DNA of 64,000 nucleotides from Leptogorgia sarmentosa (Eukaryota): NCBI GenBank assembly GCA_964658305.1, contig OZ210884.1, positions 8,184,001 to 8,248,000 of the forward strand, read 5' to 3'. Shown piece by piece: positions 11,078 to 22,900 of this stretch (position 1 is its first letter; each line of letters starts with the position of its first letter). The notes under the pieces were generated by a model. It saw only the letters and a program-made list of their open reading frames with translations, ran no database searches and was not told where the DNA came from. The position numbers and the translations under genes were made by a program.

Positions 11078-13839
11078 ATACAACTATTATATACAACTAT
11101 TCCACATCCACGACATTGATCACCCTTGAATGTAATGAATGTCGAAACATTGGGTCATGAACAGCAAAAAAAGCGCGTGTCGTTATAAATACTTCTGTCG
11201 TTCATGAACCATTTAAATGATTCAATTATATTCTCCGGCAAAGTGTAACAACGTACGCTTGACAACCAAAGTGCTGATTTCTATAGAAGTGACTTTTTGG
11301 GGGAGACCCTGTACTGATCTCGAATTGAGAGACATCTTAATTCTTCGTACACGCACGCCCAGAGAATGATCTGTACAATTAATGCAGCTTAAAAATGAAC
11401 TTTATCGAACTGATATTTTCATTTGTCATATAGGATCATTCACAACATCAAGTATCTCGCCATCTGGCTCCACTGTAAGAAGAGGTCTGGCTGAGAGCAT
11501 TCAACGTAGAAATTATTACAAGCAAAATAACAAATGTAAAGCAATTTCTGACGTGTAACACAAATATATAAAGCCCTGAATCCACGGGCAGTATTTCTTG
11601 GAGAAATGCGGAAATTTTGGCGCGAAATAATTATACGCATGCGTCATAAAGGCAAATAAGATTTCTCGAGAAACAAATTCGCTTCGCCAGTGAGTAGAAG
11701 TGAGTTCTACACACTGCAAAAGTGGAAATGTGGGAAAAACGCCGCACCCGAGTGAACGCCGCATGACGTCTTAACTTACTGCGTTGTGCGTGCCCTTGGT
11801 TGGAACATTTTTCTCACGTCAAAAAACTCAAAATTTATGCCAAATTTTCCAGACGAATTAAGGTATAAGGTCAGCTATAGCGCGTTGAAGCCAACAACAA
11901 TATTTTGCGCTTTAAGTAGGAAGTGAAGTCCCGTTTTAGACGTCGGACTTTCGTCGCGTTGAATGTAATTCACGCAATTGCCAATAGTTATCTCGTGCAT
12001 TATCTATTATTTGAATTGCATTTGATGTGGCGGAAATTCGATGTCTAATCTAACACAGGCTTATGAGCTACATATCCAACGAAAATTCATATTAGAATAT
12101 TAAACGCGTCAGGTTGTCTGAGATGCACATGAATTCAGAGTACAATTTCTCATATTACCTAATCCTTGCACGTCGGGGGTTTCCCTTCTCGCTTAGCTTG
12201 CACTGTGTTGCTGACAGATTTTTGTACAAATGGTTTGAATCGTATTTTATGCAAGCGTTTACATGGGCTATTTCTTTTTATGTCAAGCAGAAGATCCATA
12301 ATTCAAATTTAGGCTATCAACATGAATCCATACATGACTTGATCTTTGACGTTAGCTGCGATGACATACGATATCATCCATGAGACATTGGTTGTCCTTT
12401 GCGCTTGTACAAAGTTGGATCTGTGCTTACACTACAGCATATTAGTCTGTCGATCGAAATGTGTTAGTTTGTCTATCTCTGTTTGTTGTAGTTTTCTTTA
12501 AACGTTTACCTTTAATTTTTCTTAAATCAAGTTGATTCAATAAAGTTGATCGATGTATCCAGGGTACCCGGGCTGGCTTAGGCTGCGAGATCTGAGGTCA
12601 CAACTGAGTAATAATGATTCGTAAGAGAATCATTATTATTTGCAGCAATGAGATCAGTATATACTATATTGTTATGCACTGCTTTAATTAGGCACAAAGG
12701 TGAAAGAATGCGTTTTTCACCGAGATTTTTCAACACGCTCGCATTTGCCTGATTTTCTTCCATATCGTACAAGAAATATGTCATTCAACTGCTAAGACCT
12801 TGATCTTTATGACCATGCAAAAATCACGTTCGTACACCCAGTAATTAACGCACAATGGCATGCCAAAGTTGGATTACCTTTTTTTTGAGACACCCTGTAT
12901 AGTTGTTTTGAAAAGCGAGCCTGCCTCGAAAGTCACATGAAAACACGAGATGAACTGTTGAAATCAGCTCGGTAAGCGGGCTAGCTTTGGTACGTGGGCT
13001 GGCTCGCCTCCATATAAAATATAAACAAGTCCAAAACTAGATTAACAATATTGCACAACTGAAGGCTTTAATTCACTTGAATCGTCTGGCACGAGAAGGA
13101 TATTGCTGAAATTTATTTTGCTATAACTGGACTATAAGAATCTTGAAGTACATCTTGATGGAAATTCCCTTCCTGTAATCTTACACCTCTGACACTATGG
13201 CTGCTATACATGAGACTAGCTATATCATATGATGTAGCTACTGATACAAAACAAAGTCCTTGGGAGATTTGAGTGCCATCTGACCTCATTTTCTAAGGTA
13301 TATGCAGGGTCACACGAGGTTGAGAGTCGGCAGTCACGCTATCTACAGTGAAAATAATAGTGATGAGAAAGCTTTAAGTAGCTACAGCCTAGCAAACTAC
13401 TCATCTATTTTGTTGAAGTGACAACACTCATTGATATCAAAAATTGTTCTTAAGGAAACATACATGTCATTAATTATTTCATAATGTGGGATTCAATCAA
13501 ATGTCTTATTGCAAGCCATGCAGCTGCCATTATTAATTCAGCTGACTTGCTTTTCACTAACGATAAACCCAAAGTTTGGTGAATTGATTGAATGAATTTA
13601 TGATTCCAAATTTCCAATGTTGAGCTCATCATTTGTCAACATAATTAGTGTCATCTCACGGAAATTCGTTGCTCACTTCCTTATAGCCTTGGTGGCCATG
13701 TAGCTGTTTCCGCAATGTTTCTTAATTGACAGCGCTTAAGATTCCAAAAATTATTTTATCAATCACACCAAACTCATACAACACTTCCATAAACCGTCAA
13801 AACGATGACGAAAAAATTGAAATATTTAATCCCGTTTCA

Positions 13840-14115
13840 TATGGCTGTATAGAATTTCTGTGAAATTTTGGACTGACTGCTCTAGCACACTTTGGGGCCT
13901 AGTTATTCAGAAATAATTTATACTGCAGTATATAGAAAGGTCGTCCTTTGCCTCTATAAAGGACGGTTTACACTCTACAACTTTTGCTTACAACAGTCGC
14001 ATGCAATGCACTTACAACTCGAATTGTACATTATAAATTAACCCTACATGTAAAGCATGCTCGAAAAGCTTACGACAACGACAGTTGTATGCAAAAGTTG
14101 TACAGTGTAAACTAG
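13840..14115. repeat. Dispersed composite repeat including a palindromic MITE (ggtttacact...agtgtaaac)
   Basis: Collinear second copy at ~28580-28872 (tagaatttctgtgaaattttgga..gaaaggtcgtcctttgc..ggtttacact..cagtgtaaacc). Partial copy at ~28485-28555. Confidence 0.75.
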
Positions 14116-15210
14116 CGCATGCAAATCATAACGACATTGTTATGTTTAGAGTTTAAGGTTTGCAAAGGACAGCCTTTTTTGGCAGCCTTAGCTGTATTTG
14201 TTTGTATACAGTTATTCTGCAACGAAGAAGGACAAACTGCACCAATTCCGCAAACTGGAACGTATAGGAAGGGGAAAGCATGCAGCCCCCTTTAATTTTT
14301 TGGCAGTTATATTCAGTTAAATTATAGCTAAAGCTAGCATCTGGGATGAAAGTTTGCACCAATTTTTGTTTAATAAACATATATAGCATACATACATGAA
14401 TGAATTTATTTTTACATGAGCTAGATTTCGTGCGAAGGAATTTTATCAATGACAATTGTCGTTTTAGTATATTGTACATAAGGCAAGGAGAAAAGATTCC
14501 GTGGAGAGAGATTTAGGTGACTAAGCATGCATGTATTTCCCCTCCACGAAAGATTGTAACTATATCATATAATATATCGATTACTAGCTATATTAATACA
14601 TGCATGCACTGTAAGGTATCATATTATTTTATTTCCGTTGCAACGGCCTGATTTACGTGTAAACTTGCGTTGTTTCAGCAAGCTAGATCTGGAAAATATT
14701 ATAAGTACTGAGTGACCTTTCGTATTGTAAACATTATTTATCATTCACTCTGCTTCAAGCAGGATTAAGTTTCCTTTCAGCAGCTCAAACAAGATTCCTT
14801 ATCATATAATTGTGTTGCGTTCGCAACCTAAATCGGCTTTATACTTTTTACGTTGAACCAATCGCATAAACATTTACACCATCATCCGAAGAAATCAGTG
14901 TTTTAGAGCGTGCTCGTTCGACTCCTTGGTTTACATTCGTCCCATACGGAAATGGAATGAGGCAGAATAAGGAAGCTTGGTACCTAAAGGATTGTGCAAC
15001 TCAGGTGGATCGGAAAGTGTGATATGAAACTAATCGTCTCAAAATAACTTATCTATCAGACTGATTTACCATGTAATTAGATCAAAAATTTGAATGTCGA
15101 AAAAGTATTTAAAGGGAGCACAGCCAAGTTCGATCTTACATCAGTTGAACCTTGACAAGTTGAACGACAGGCGCAGACGAAGTTCGATGTTTTCAGTTCT
15201 CCAGCAAGAT

Positions 15211-16663
15211 ATGAAGATGGGTTTTCTTCTTACAATTTTAATGATTTTACCTTTGGTTTTTTGTGGAACAATGTAAGTGAAAACCTTTTGCATGTTGTTG
15301 TGATTTGTGCATGTATACTGAGTTCTATCTTGAAGTTATTTGAATAACTTAATCAATCCATGTAACTGCGCAACTAGTTATACTCTCTGAATTCAAACGA
15401 TAGAGAATTCAATCTATTTGTCCGTAAGAACAATCTCTTCGAATTGTACGAAACGTTTTCTATTGAAAATCAATCCTACGCGCGATTGAATGGAAAATCA
15501 ATCTAAAAGGAGTTACTTTTCAAATCAAATTTCAATCATTTCAATCAAATTAGCTTATTCTTGGCCTTTATCTTTACAAAGATTGAATGATTCTCACTCG
15601 TCTTTATCCACTGACATACTTTCAATCGAATGCCACACTGAAAGAGTATTTGTCGATCTAAATTCAATCTATTAATTAGACTGACTTAGCTATTGAATCT
15701 TTTAGAATTATGTAAGGGGTTGGATAAGCAAAACGCTAAAACATTTCCTATTCATGTTATATAATAATTGAAGTTAAATTTTATCAACTATAAACGTATG
15801 GTTCTATGTTTGGACAGAAAAGTTTAGTTTGCAATTCTAGCTTACGGTAGCTAAATTCATAGATTTTTAAATATTTTCTACTTATCCACCGTTTAAGCTG
15901 AACGCCTTTTATACAGCTAACCCCTTCAATTTCTATTCTCATTCAATTTTTTCATTTTTTTGCCGCCACAGAAATGGTCAAAAAAAAGATTGCCATTGTC
16001 GTAGAAAAGGAGCGACCTACACCAATGGCTTGTGCTTACGGTTTTTACCATGCAGTGACTATCGTGAGTATATAGATAAACTAGCGACTAGCGTCCTCTG
16101 CTCGATCCGGAAATGGCCTATTAACTACCTATGATACTTTTTCACACAGAAAAGCTGCCAAGCATGAGTGCGGATCGCAAGATTGGGAATAAGTATGTGG
16201 TGTACAATCGCATGGTGTATCGTTCTTATCCCGTGATGGGAACACATTCGACAAAACGTTGTCTCGTTGATGGAGCCTCCTATAATCAGAAGTTTGGTAC
16301 TTGCATCAGAAAGTTAGAATGTTCTGAAAAAGGTAACGACAATTATCTTATCTTTAAGGAATAGAAAACATTTTCCATGTTTACATTGAGTTATGTAAAC
16401 ACGAGTGCAACTGTTTGGGAGAACGAGAAATGTGTGGAAACACAAGCCACACATTTCGAGTTCTCCCAAACTTGCACGAGCATTGTAAGTAATCGAGGTT
16501 TTTTCTTCATTTTTGAAGATATTTCTAATGCAATATATATTCTAACATGATTTCATTTTTTCTTTTCTTAGTATTTGGAGTTGCAAATGGCGCCATCTCA
16601 AATAAATACTATGTTTTTAATAATAAGTTTTATCAATCGTACCCTTCATATAACTGCAGCTAA
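15211..16663 (+). CDS. Secreted cysteine-rich protein (142 aa) with two internal repeats; no family recognised
   Basis: Four GT-AG exons in matching phases: 15211-15272, 15972-16063, 16150-16332, 16572-16663 (429 nt). Signal-peptide-like MKMGFLLTILMILPLVFCG; 8 Cys in the mature part; the two halves align with each other. TATTTAAA at ~15106. Confidence 0.85.
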
Positions 16664-16874
16664 GATGAATGAGAGAAGAAAAACGCGGTGTTCATGCATT
16701 CATTACGTACATTAGAGATGTGATACATTGTAGTATTTGTTCAAAATAAATGTAGTCCTGCATCAATTCGTCTGTGTTCTTTCTTGGACGGGACCACAAA
16801 ATAATTACCTCACAGAAATTCATCTCTATTTTTTTTTGCCTAAGCGGTGTTCGTCAGGACTCGTCACTCAGTAA

Positions 16875-16968
16875 GTGCCCTAAGCAGAGGCAGTCTCCCC
16901 CCGGAAATATTCAGAGCGTGCACGCATGGTTTCATTCCGGGGGGTGACTGCCTCTGTTTAGGACACTT
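16875..16968. mobile_element. Small palindromic MITE (gtgccctaagcagaggcagtc...gactgcctctgtttaggacac)
   Basis: ~30-bp inverted arms. Second copy at ~27679-27773 and a fragment at ~19664-19682. Confidence 0.6.
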
Positions 16969-17429
16969 GCTGAGGAATACAGCTTAAGCGAAAAAGCAAT
17001 AATACTCCCTGGGAATTGTGATTGCTGTAGAAATGCATCTAGAAATGATTTTTTCCCGGCAAATAAAATGCCAGAAAAAAAATCATTTTCAGGTAAATTT
17101 CTTGTTACTCCACCAAAAATCCAGTATTTAAACCTAAAAACTTGATTAATCATAACAATCTTTGTTAACTCCAAGATTATTCTTGACAGTATTGAGTTCC
17201 TAATCCAGCGTTATCTTTTACAATAACCATAATTATCTTCTGGCGGGACTCGCATGTTTGTTGTAGAAATACAGCAGAAATTATTATTTTCCTGGCAAAT
17301 AAAATGCCAGAAAAAAAATCATTTTAAGCTATAAATCACCGTTTTTATAATACTTGGACCTCTGCACCTGTAACCGCGCTCACATAATCCCGCGACAAAG
17401 AAGTATATGTGGAGCTGGAACTAAACTAA

Positions 17430-17655
17430 GGCCATCCAGAGGCTTTTGATGATGAACTTATAAAGAACACTTTGTCGACTTTGTCGAAACTAAAAAAATG
17501 CCTGACGGTTCAAACTCTGGTGTACGACCCCAAAACATACTCCAGGAAACCACATTTGTCATACAACACACCCACCAAAAGTGATACTCTTTGAAGGCAT
17601 TGTGGTTTTGTACAACAAAGATATTCGAGACTTGTTGGACATGAAACTTTCCATA
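17430..17655 (+). pseudogene. Uridine-cytidine kinase pseudogene fragment
   Basis: GHPEAFDDELIKNTL..KKCLTVQTLVYDPKTYSRK, then a +1 frameshift, then PKVILFEGIVVLYNKDIRDLLDMKL. Matches the UCK core (HPDAFD..VYD....R..V.LFEGI....RDL..MKL). In-frame stop just upstream, 9-bp internal duplication (actttgtcg x2), no P-loop segment. Confidence 0.85.
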
Positions 17656-17979
17656 CCTAATCAAATTTCACGAATGACGTCACATGTAACACTACACAAC
17701 ACATACTGGGCAATTTCGTGTCCTTGTGCACACTTTGTGTCCTTGTAAAAGGAAAATGTGTAGCTGATAATAACGTGCATAACATAATAAAATTTCAAAT
17801 TGAGAATTTGAAATAGTGTTGTAATGAGGCTGTCTCAGTATTGTGGTAGTAATAATAATTTTAGTGTTCGTTCAAACCACATCCGAAAATTTTCAGTGTG
17901 ATACAAGTGCGAAATATCAACGGCTATTAAATTTACTGAAAATTGTGTTTCACACACTCAAATCATTTCACATACTCCA

Positions 17980-18193
17980 GGTTGTATAACAAGGGTTACA
18001 ATCACTGTAGGTTGTAACGAAAGAGTTACAATCACTCCAGCTAGGTTGTATCAGAAGAGTTACAATCATCCTAGGCTGTATCAGAAGAGTTACAATCACT
18101 CCAGGTTGTATCAGAAGGTTTATAATCACTCTATGTTGTATCAGAAGAGTTACAATCACTCTAGGTTGTATCAGAAGACTTACAATCACTCCA
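17980..18193. repeat. 30-bp minisatellite (ggttgtatcagaagagttacaatcactcta)
   Basis: 7 tandem copies. Source of ORF 17968-18189. Confidence 0.9.
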
Positions 18194-19935
18194 AATAGAA
18201 AAATGTTAGGCTACGAACGTGCACTTATCAATAGTAGTCGTTATTAAAACCGTCATCAATGCAACTGCGTGGTTCGATACTCAATGCAACATTCCGAATT
18301 TACAAACTGACGTAATTGGAAATATTCAATATTTTTTTTATAAATGGTTTTGCCAATCTCAGTTCTGGCGTCGAACTCTCCAACTACCGAATCTAATGTA
18401 AATGATCTCTAAAAGAGAACCTCAGAGCGCTGTCACCAAACACGCAAAACAGACACGTTTCAAGTGAATGTTTTGAGCAGAGACAATCAAAGGAACCTTC
18501 TTGGATTGCATGCATGTCTATGGTTTGATAAAATTTGAGCCTTTTGAGCATTTGAGGCAATGTTGAGCGTCCTTTATACCCAATGAATATTCGACATTGG
18601 GCCTTGGATGGAATGCCCCTCGGAATGTCCCTGATGGGAAATCGATATGACGGATCTCGAGGATGTTCAGAAAGGGCTTCTCTTTAAGTTGTTTTCACAC
18701 GAAAACGTATGCGGGATAACAATCACTCGAACAATCATGTGCAGTTGTAAACATATTTATGAGTGAGTTTAGCCAATTTTAAGAACATACATTAAACAAC
18801 CATATGTTGTCTAAGGATAGCACTGAAATCACGTATTTTTAATTGCTTACCCGTTATGCCAGAGAGGACGAGCGAGAAGTAAGTTGTGTAAGACTGTAAA
18901 TTGTCTTTCAAATCTTCATTTGTGGTGTGGAAATATTTCATCATCTTTACTTTGCTATTTCAAACATACCACGCATCCGAATAAGAATCGTTCATTCATG
19001 AATTAAAAATAAATCATAATGACCGTACCAATGCACAAGGCAGCACGGAATAACATTGGCACTTGGCATATCGTATTTCGACATGTTTATAGCTACGGAT
19101 GTGCCAAACTCTGCAATTAGCACATAGATGTTTACTAGCTACCTGTTTATATAATCAAAAGCTGTATATCTTAGCTTTGGATTCGATTTGAAATTTAGCG
19201 TTTGCTGTTAACTCTAATCCTGCCAGAGACTCCGCCAAGATTCGCTGTGAAAATGATGAAATATTTATGAGGAGAATTCCACAGTTTGTAACATTATATG
19301 GGCACATGATGCGCACCAGGAGACCCAGACCATAATTCCATGCATGCATGATGGGTGATTTGACCACTCTGTGAATTTTGACATCTAAATCCAAATGTAA
19401 ATATTACGACGACGCATACTTGGCCGCATGCTGAATGGCTTCCTGTATATGCTGGCCTTAAAAATGTTTTCGTAAAGTAATACGCAACCGTAAACAAATA
19501 CGCAATCATAAACAAATACGCAATCGTAAACAGTTGACAAATTGGTTTTATAAATACAGTACATTAGCATATTTGACGCATTCACAATCTGATCGCATGG
19601 TCTGAAAAAAGCTAATAAATCGAAAAGTTATGGTGATCAGCTTAAGATGTGTCAGATGTATTGAGAGGGGGGTGACTGCCTCAATATACAATACATTATA
19701 CCTAATTTGAATTTGAATTTGAGAAGGTTCAGTTTTTTATGAGTTTTACCCTGTAGTGTGGGTAATGACAATCGAATGTTATTTCATCCCAAAATACATT
19801 ATTCAAATATTTAGTTACTTAAGATTCCTTATAACAAAAGCATGAAAATGACATTTATTCAAGATCAAAACATTGCTATTGGTAGCAAATGAATGGAAAA
19901 ATGATTAACTTTACATTCAATATACACACTACATT

Positions 19936-22900
19936 TCATGTAGTAATTTGCTCAATAAATGGTTCATGAGGCAAAGCCTGTCTTCGTGGATAGAAGGTTA
20001 CATCATTAGGATAATTGAGAAGGTTTGAGATGGAGGACGAGTAGATATCGGCAAAGCGAACCAATCGTCGAGTGAAGTAGGATGGGTTGTGATACGTGCG
20101 AAAAACGCTTCCAAATTGCGGATTAAACATGTGTTTCAGTTTCTCCCTGTAAAAAGAACAAAGTAATATGCAAAATAGACCTTATGCGTAATGACGTTTT
20201 GTTGCGCTGCGTGATACTATACTCGCAAAGCATGCTGGTAGTGGTAGTGACGCAGCACAAAAAACGTCATTATGCTATTAAAATCTATTGCTTGTTTACA
20301 TCACGTGAATTTTTGCACAAATGACCGGCAATTTAGCAACTTGTACACGACTTTTCTCAGTATGTGTCGAGCGATAAACTGAACAGTAACGTATCCATCA
20401 AGACTTAAAATGTCTCTAACTCTTAAAATGTCCCTAATGGATATCGATTTTCGTCATACTTGCCAATCAACTGAAATTCCAAATCCACGCCATTGCAAAC
20501 AACCAGTTAGGACGAGAAACTCAACTGCTTGAGTTATAAATATTGTGGCATGATTAAGGTCTTACATATGACCAATATCGGAAACCAATGTGCACTTACC
20601 TTAATATATAACGTTCCCTTTTCCATTCTCTGAGCAACTCATAGGCTTGATCAGAGTTGTCAGTCTGTAAACAATGAAAAATAACGGTGCATGCGTAAGC
20701 GATGGACAATTCCCATTATAGACGATTTTTTATCTAGACAAACTCAGACGAAATAAACGAAATAGAAAGAAACCATTAAAAAGTAGTAAAATTCTAAAAC
20801 TTGGCTGAAAAATGTTGTAATGTGCCGAAGATAATTACATGTGCAAAGTTTGCGAATTTTCTCATAAATCTCGTATTTATTTTCAAAATCAATAGTTTTT
20901 CTATAATGCGGGTTGTCGATTGTTTGGCTCTCATATAGTTTATTACGCTGGCCCTCGGGGAAAAACAACAATTACAAGTCACTGCATACTTTGCAAGGCA
21001 CGATAAGACGGCTTCAGGAAGCTACAACGAACTTACTTGCAGTGCTTCAATTAGTTGTTGAAGAGATAAAAGCCACGTTACGGAACGACGAAACTCTTCA
21101 GTATTTGATATCCTGATTTCTTTCTGAAAAACAACAAAAGGCAATATTTCTCTATAATTCAACCAGAAAATTTCCCATTACTTTGCTGGTTCATAATTAC
21201 GAACATGGCTCCAGTAAAAGACTTATGCAAGAGACCAGAGTATCTTACCTCGAGATCATGAATAATGGCACCAGTTCGCCATCCATGTTTTAAAATTGGT
21301 CCCTGTTGAAAGAGGCAAAATTCCGTGCTGCCGAGTTTTTATACTTAATATTTCCTCAAATTAATTATTAATAATACAATTATGTTTATGTACAATGTAG
21401 TTATTTACAATTCTAAAAAGACAGGATGATGATTCCTGCATTGCATATCATACACATTACTGAGAAGATTGATTTTTCCCATGCGTGTAATTTTATAATT
21501 ACTCATATGTTATAAACTTACCATCAGATCACTGTAAACGTGGTCACCAAAATAAAGCACCTTCGGTCCATACCATCCAGTGAACTTCATGAACTGTTCT
21601 ACATTGCCCTACAAAAACAGTGCAATTGGCTTTCGTAAGCATATCCAAATCTAGCTTAGAGAAAAAGGATTGCGAGATTGTTGCACAATCATTCAGTACA
21701 AACCTCAGTGTAAAGTTCTCCTCCGTGAAAATGTGTCACACGCTCCCAGGTCTTTTTACCTTTATTATCCAAACTTCTGAATGGTCTGTGCATGAGACGT
21801 TATAATTAAAATAAATAACTATTAGTAGAATCATACTCGTATACTATTGCAAATGCTGCAATTTGATTGGTTACTCGATAGATAGCGAGTAGCAAAACAT
21901 GTGAATTTTCGTTCAAGAAATGTCTTCTGAGACGCGGTTTTAAATTATTTTTTGCAATATTTTCATGTTTGATCTATAATTCTACTAAAACAATTAGATT
22001 ACTCGCTCTCGATTTCTACGAGATGATAGTTGATTCGGGCTTCGCCCTCATCAACTCATAGAAATCTCGAGCTCGTAATCTAATTGTTAAATATAGATAA
22101 AAGTAGAATCATACTAGAGTATACTAATGCAAATGCTGTAATTTGATTGGCTACTCTACGCGCTATCTATATTCCTCGATACATAGCGAGTTAGCAAAAC
22201 ATATGAACTTTCGTTAGAGAAAATGTGTTATGAGACGCGCTTTTTAAATTAAATTAATTTTTGAGATCTAGAGCTCGGAATCTAATTGTTGAGTAATGAG
22301 TATTAAAATTCAGTGGCAACCACAGAATGCGATGAACTTCGTAATCTAAGCGTACCTATCTGTACGTTGATAAAAAGACGGTTTCCTTGCACTGGTGACA
22401 ACGACATCAAATAATTCCATCCATGTCTCACCCAACATGTGACGCATGCCTTTATTCCTGTCCAAAACAAAGTCCACTGTTCAACTTCGCTTAGCAAAAA
22501 CAAGGACGTGTACAGTCACGCAATTTGCATATTTTTCGGCAAAATATTATGCCAGACTAAGATTTAAGCAATGCTTATGATATCAAAAACAGGCAAAATT
22601 TCCTGAAAATGTTCCAATATCTTCATTTACTTCGATGATCCGTTGAAAGACATAGACGTTGCAAAAAAAATTAAATGGCTAAAAATAAAACATTACTTGG
22701 ATCCGTAAAATTTCGGCGATGTACATTATATTTCGCAGTGTGATTAGCTCCTAATGAGCTCCGACTATATCGCAATGATTTGATAAAAAACTTACACGAA
22801 ATTGAAATCGCTGTTTGTTATCAGAAATGTCTGCTTGCCACTTTCAATAAGGCTTTGCAAGAATTCCCGCAATTCCTGGTTAGCATGAAGATAACGACCT

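Noticed and set aside
18410..18510. SAVTKHA, reminiscent of a Penelope GIY-YIG motif
   Set aside because: Too short; no flanking RT or endonuclease similarity visible.
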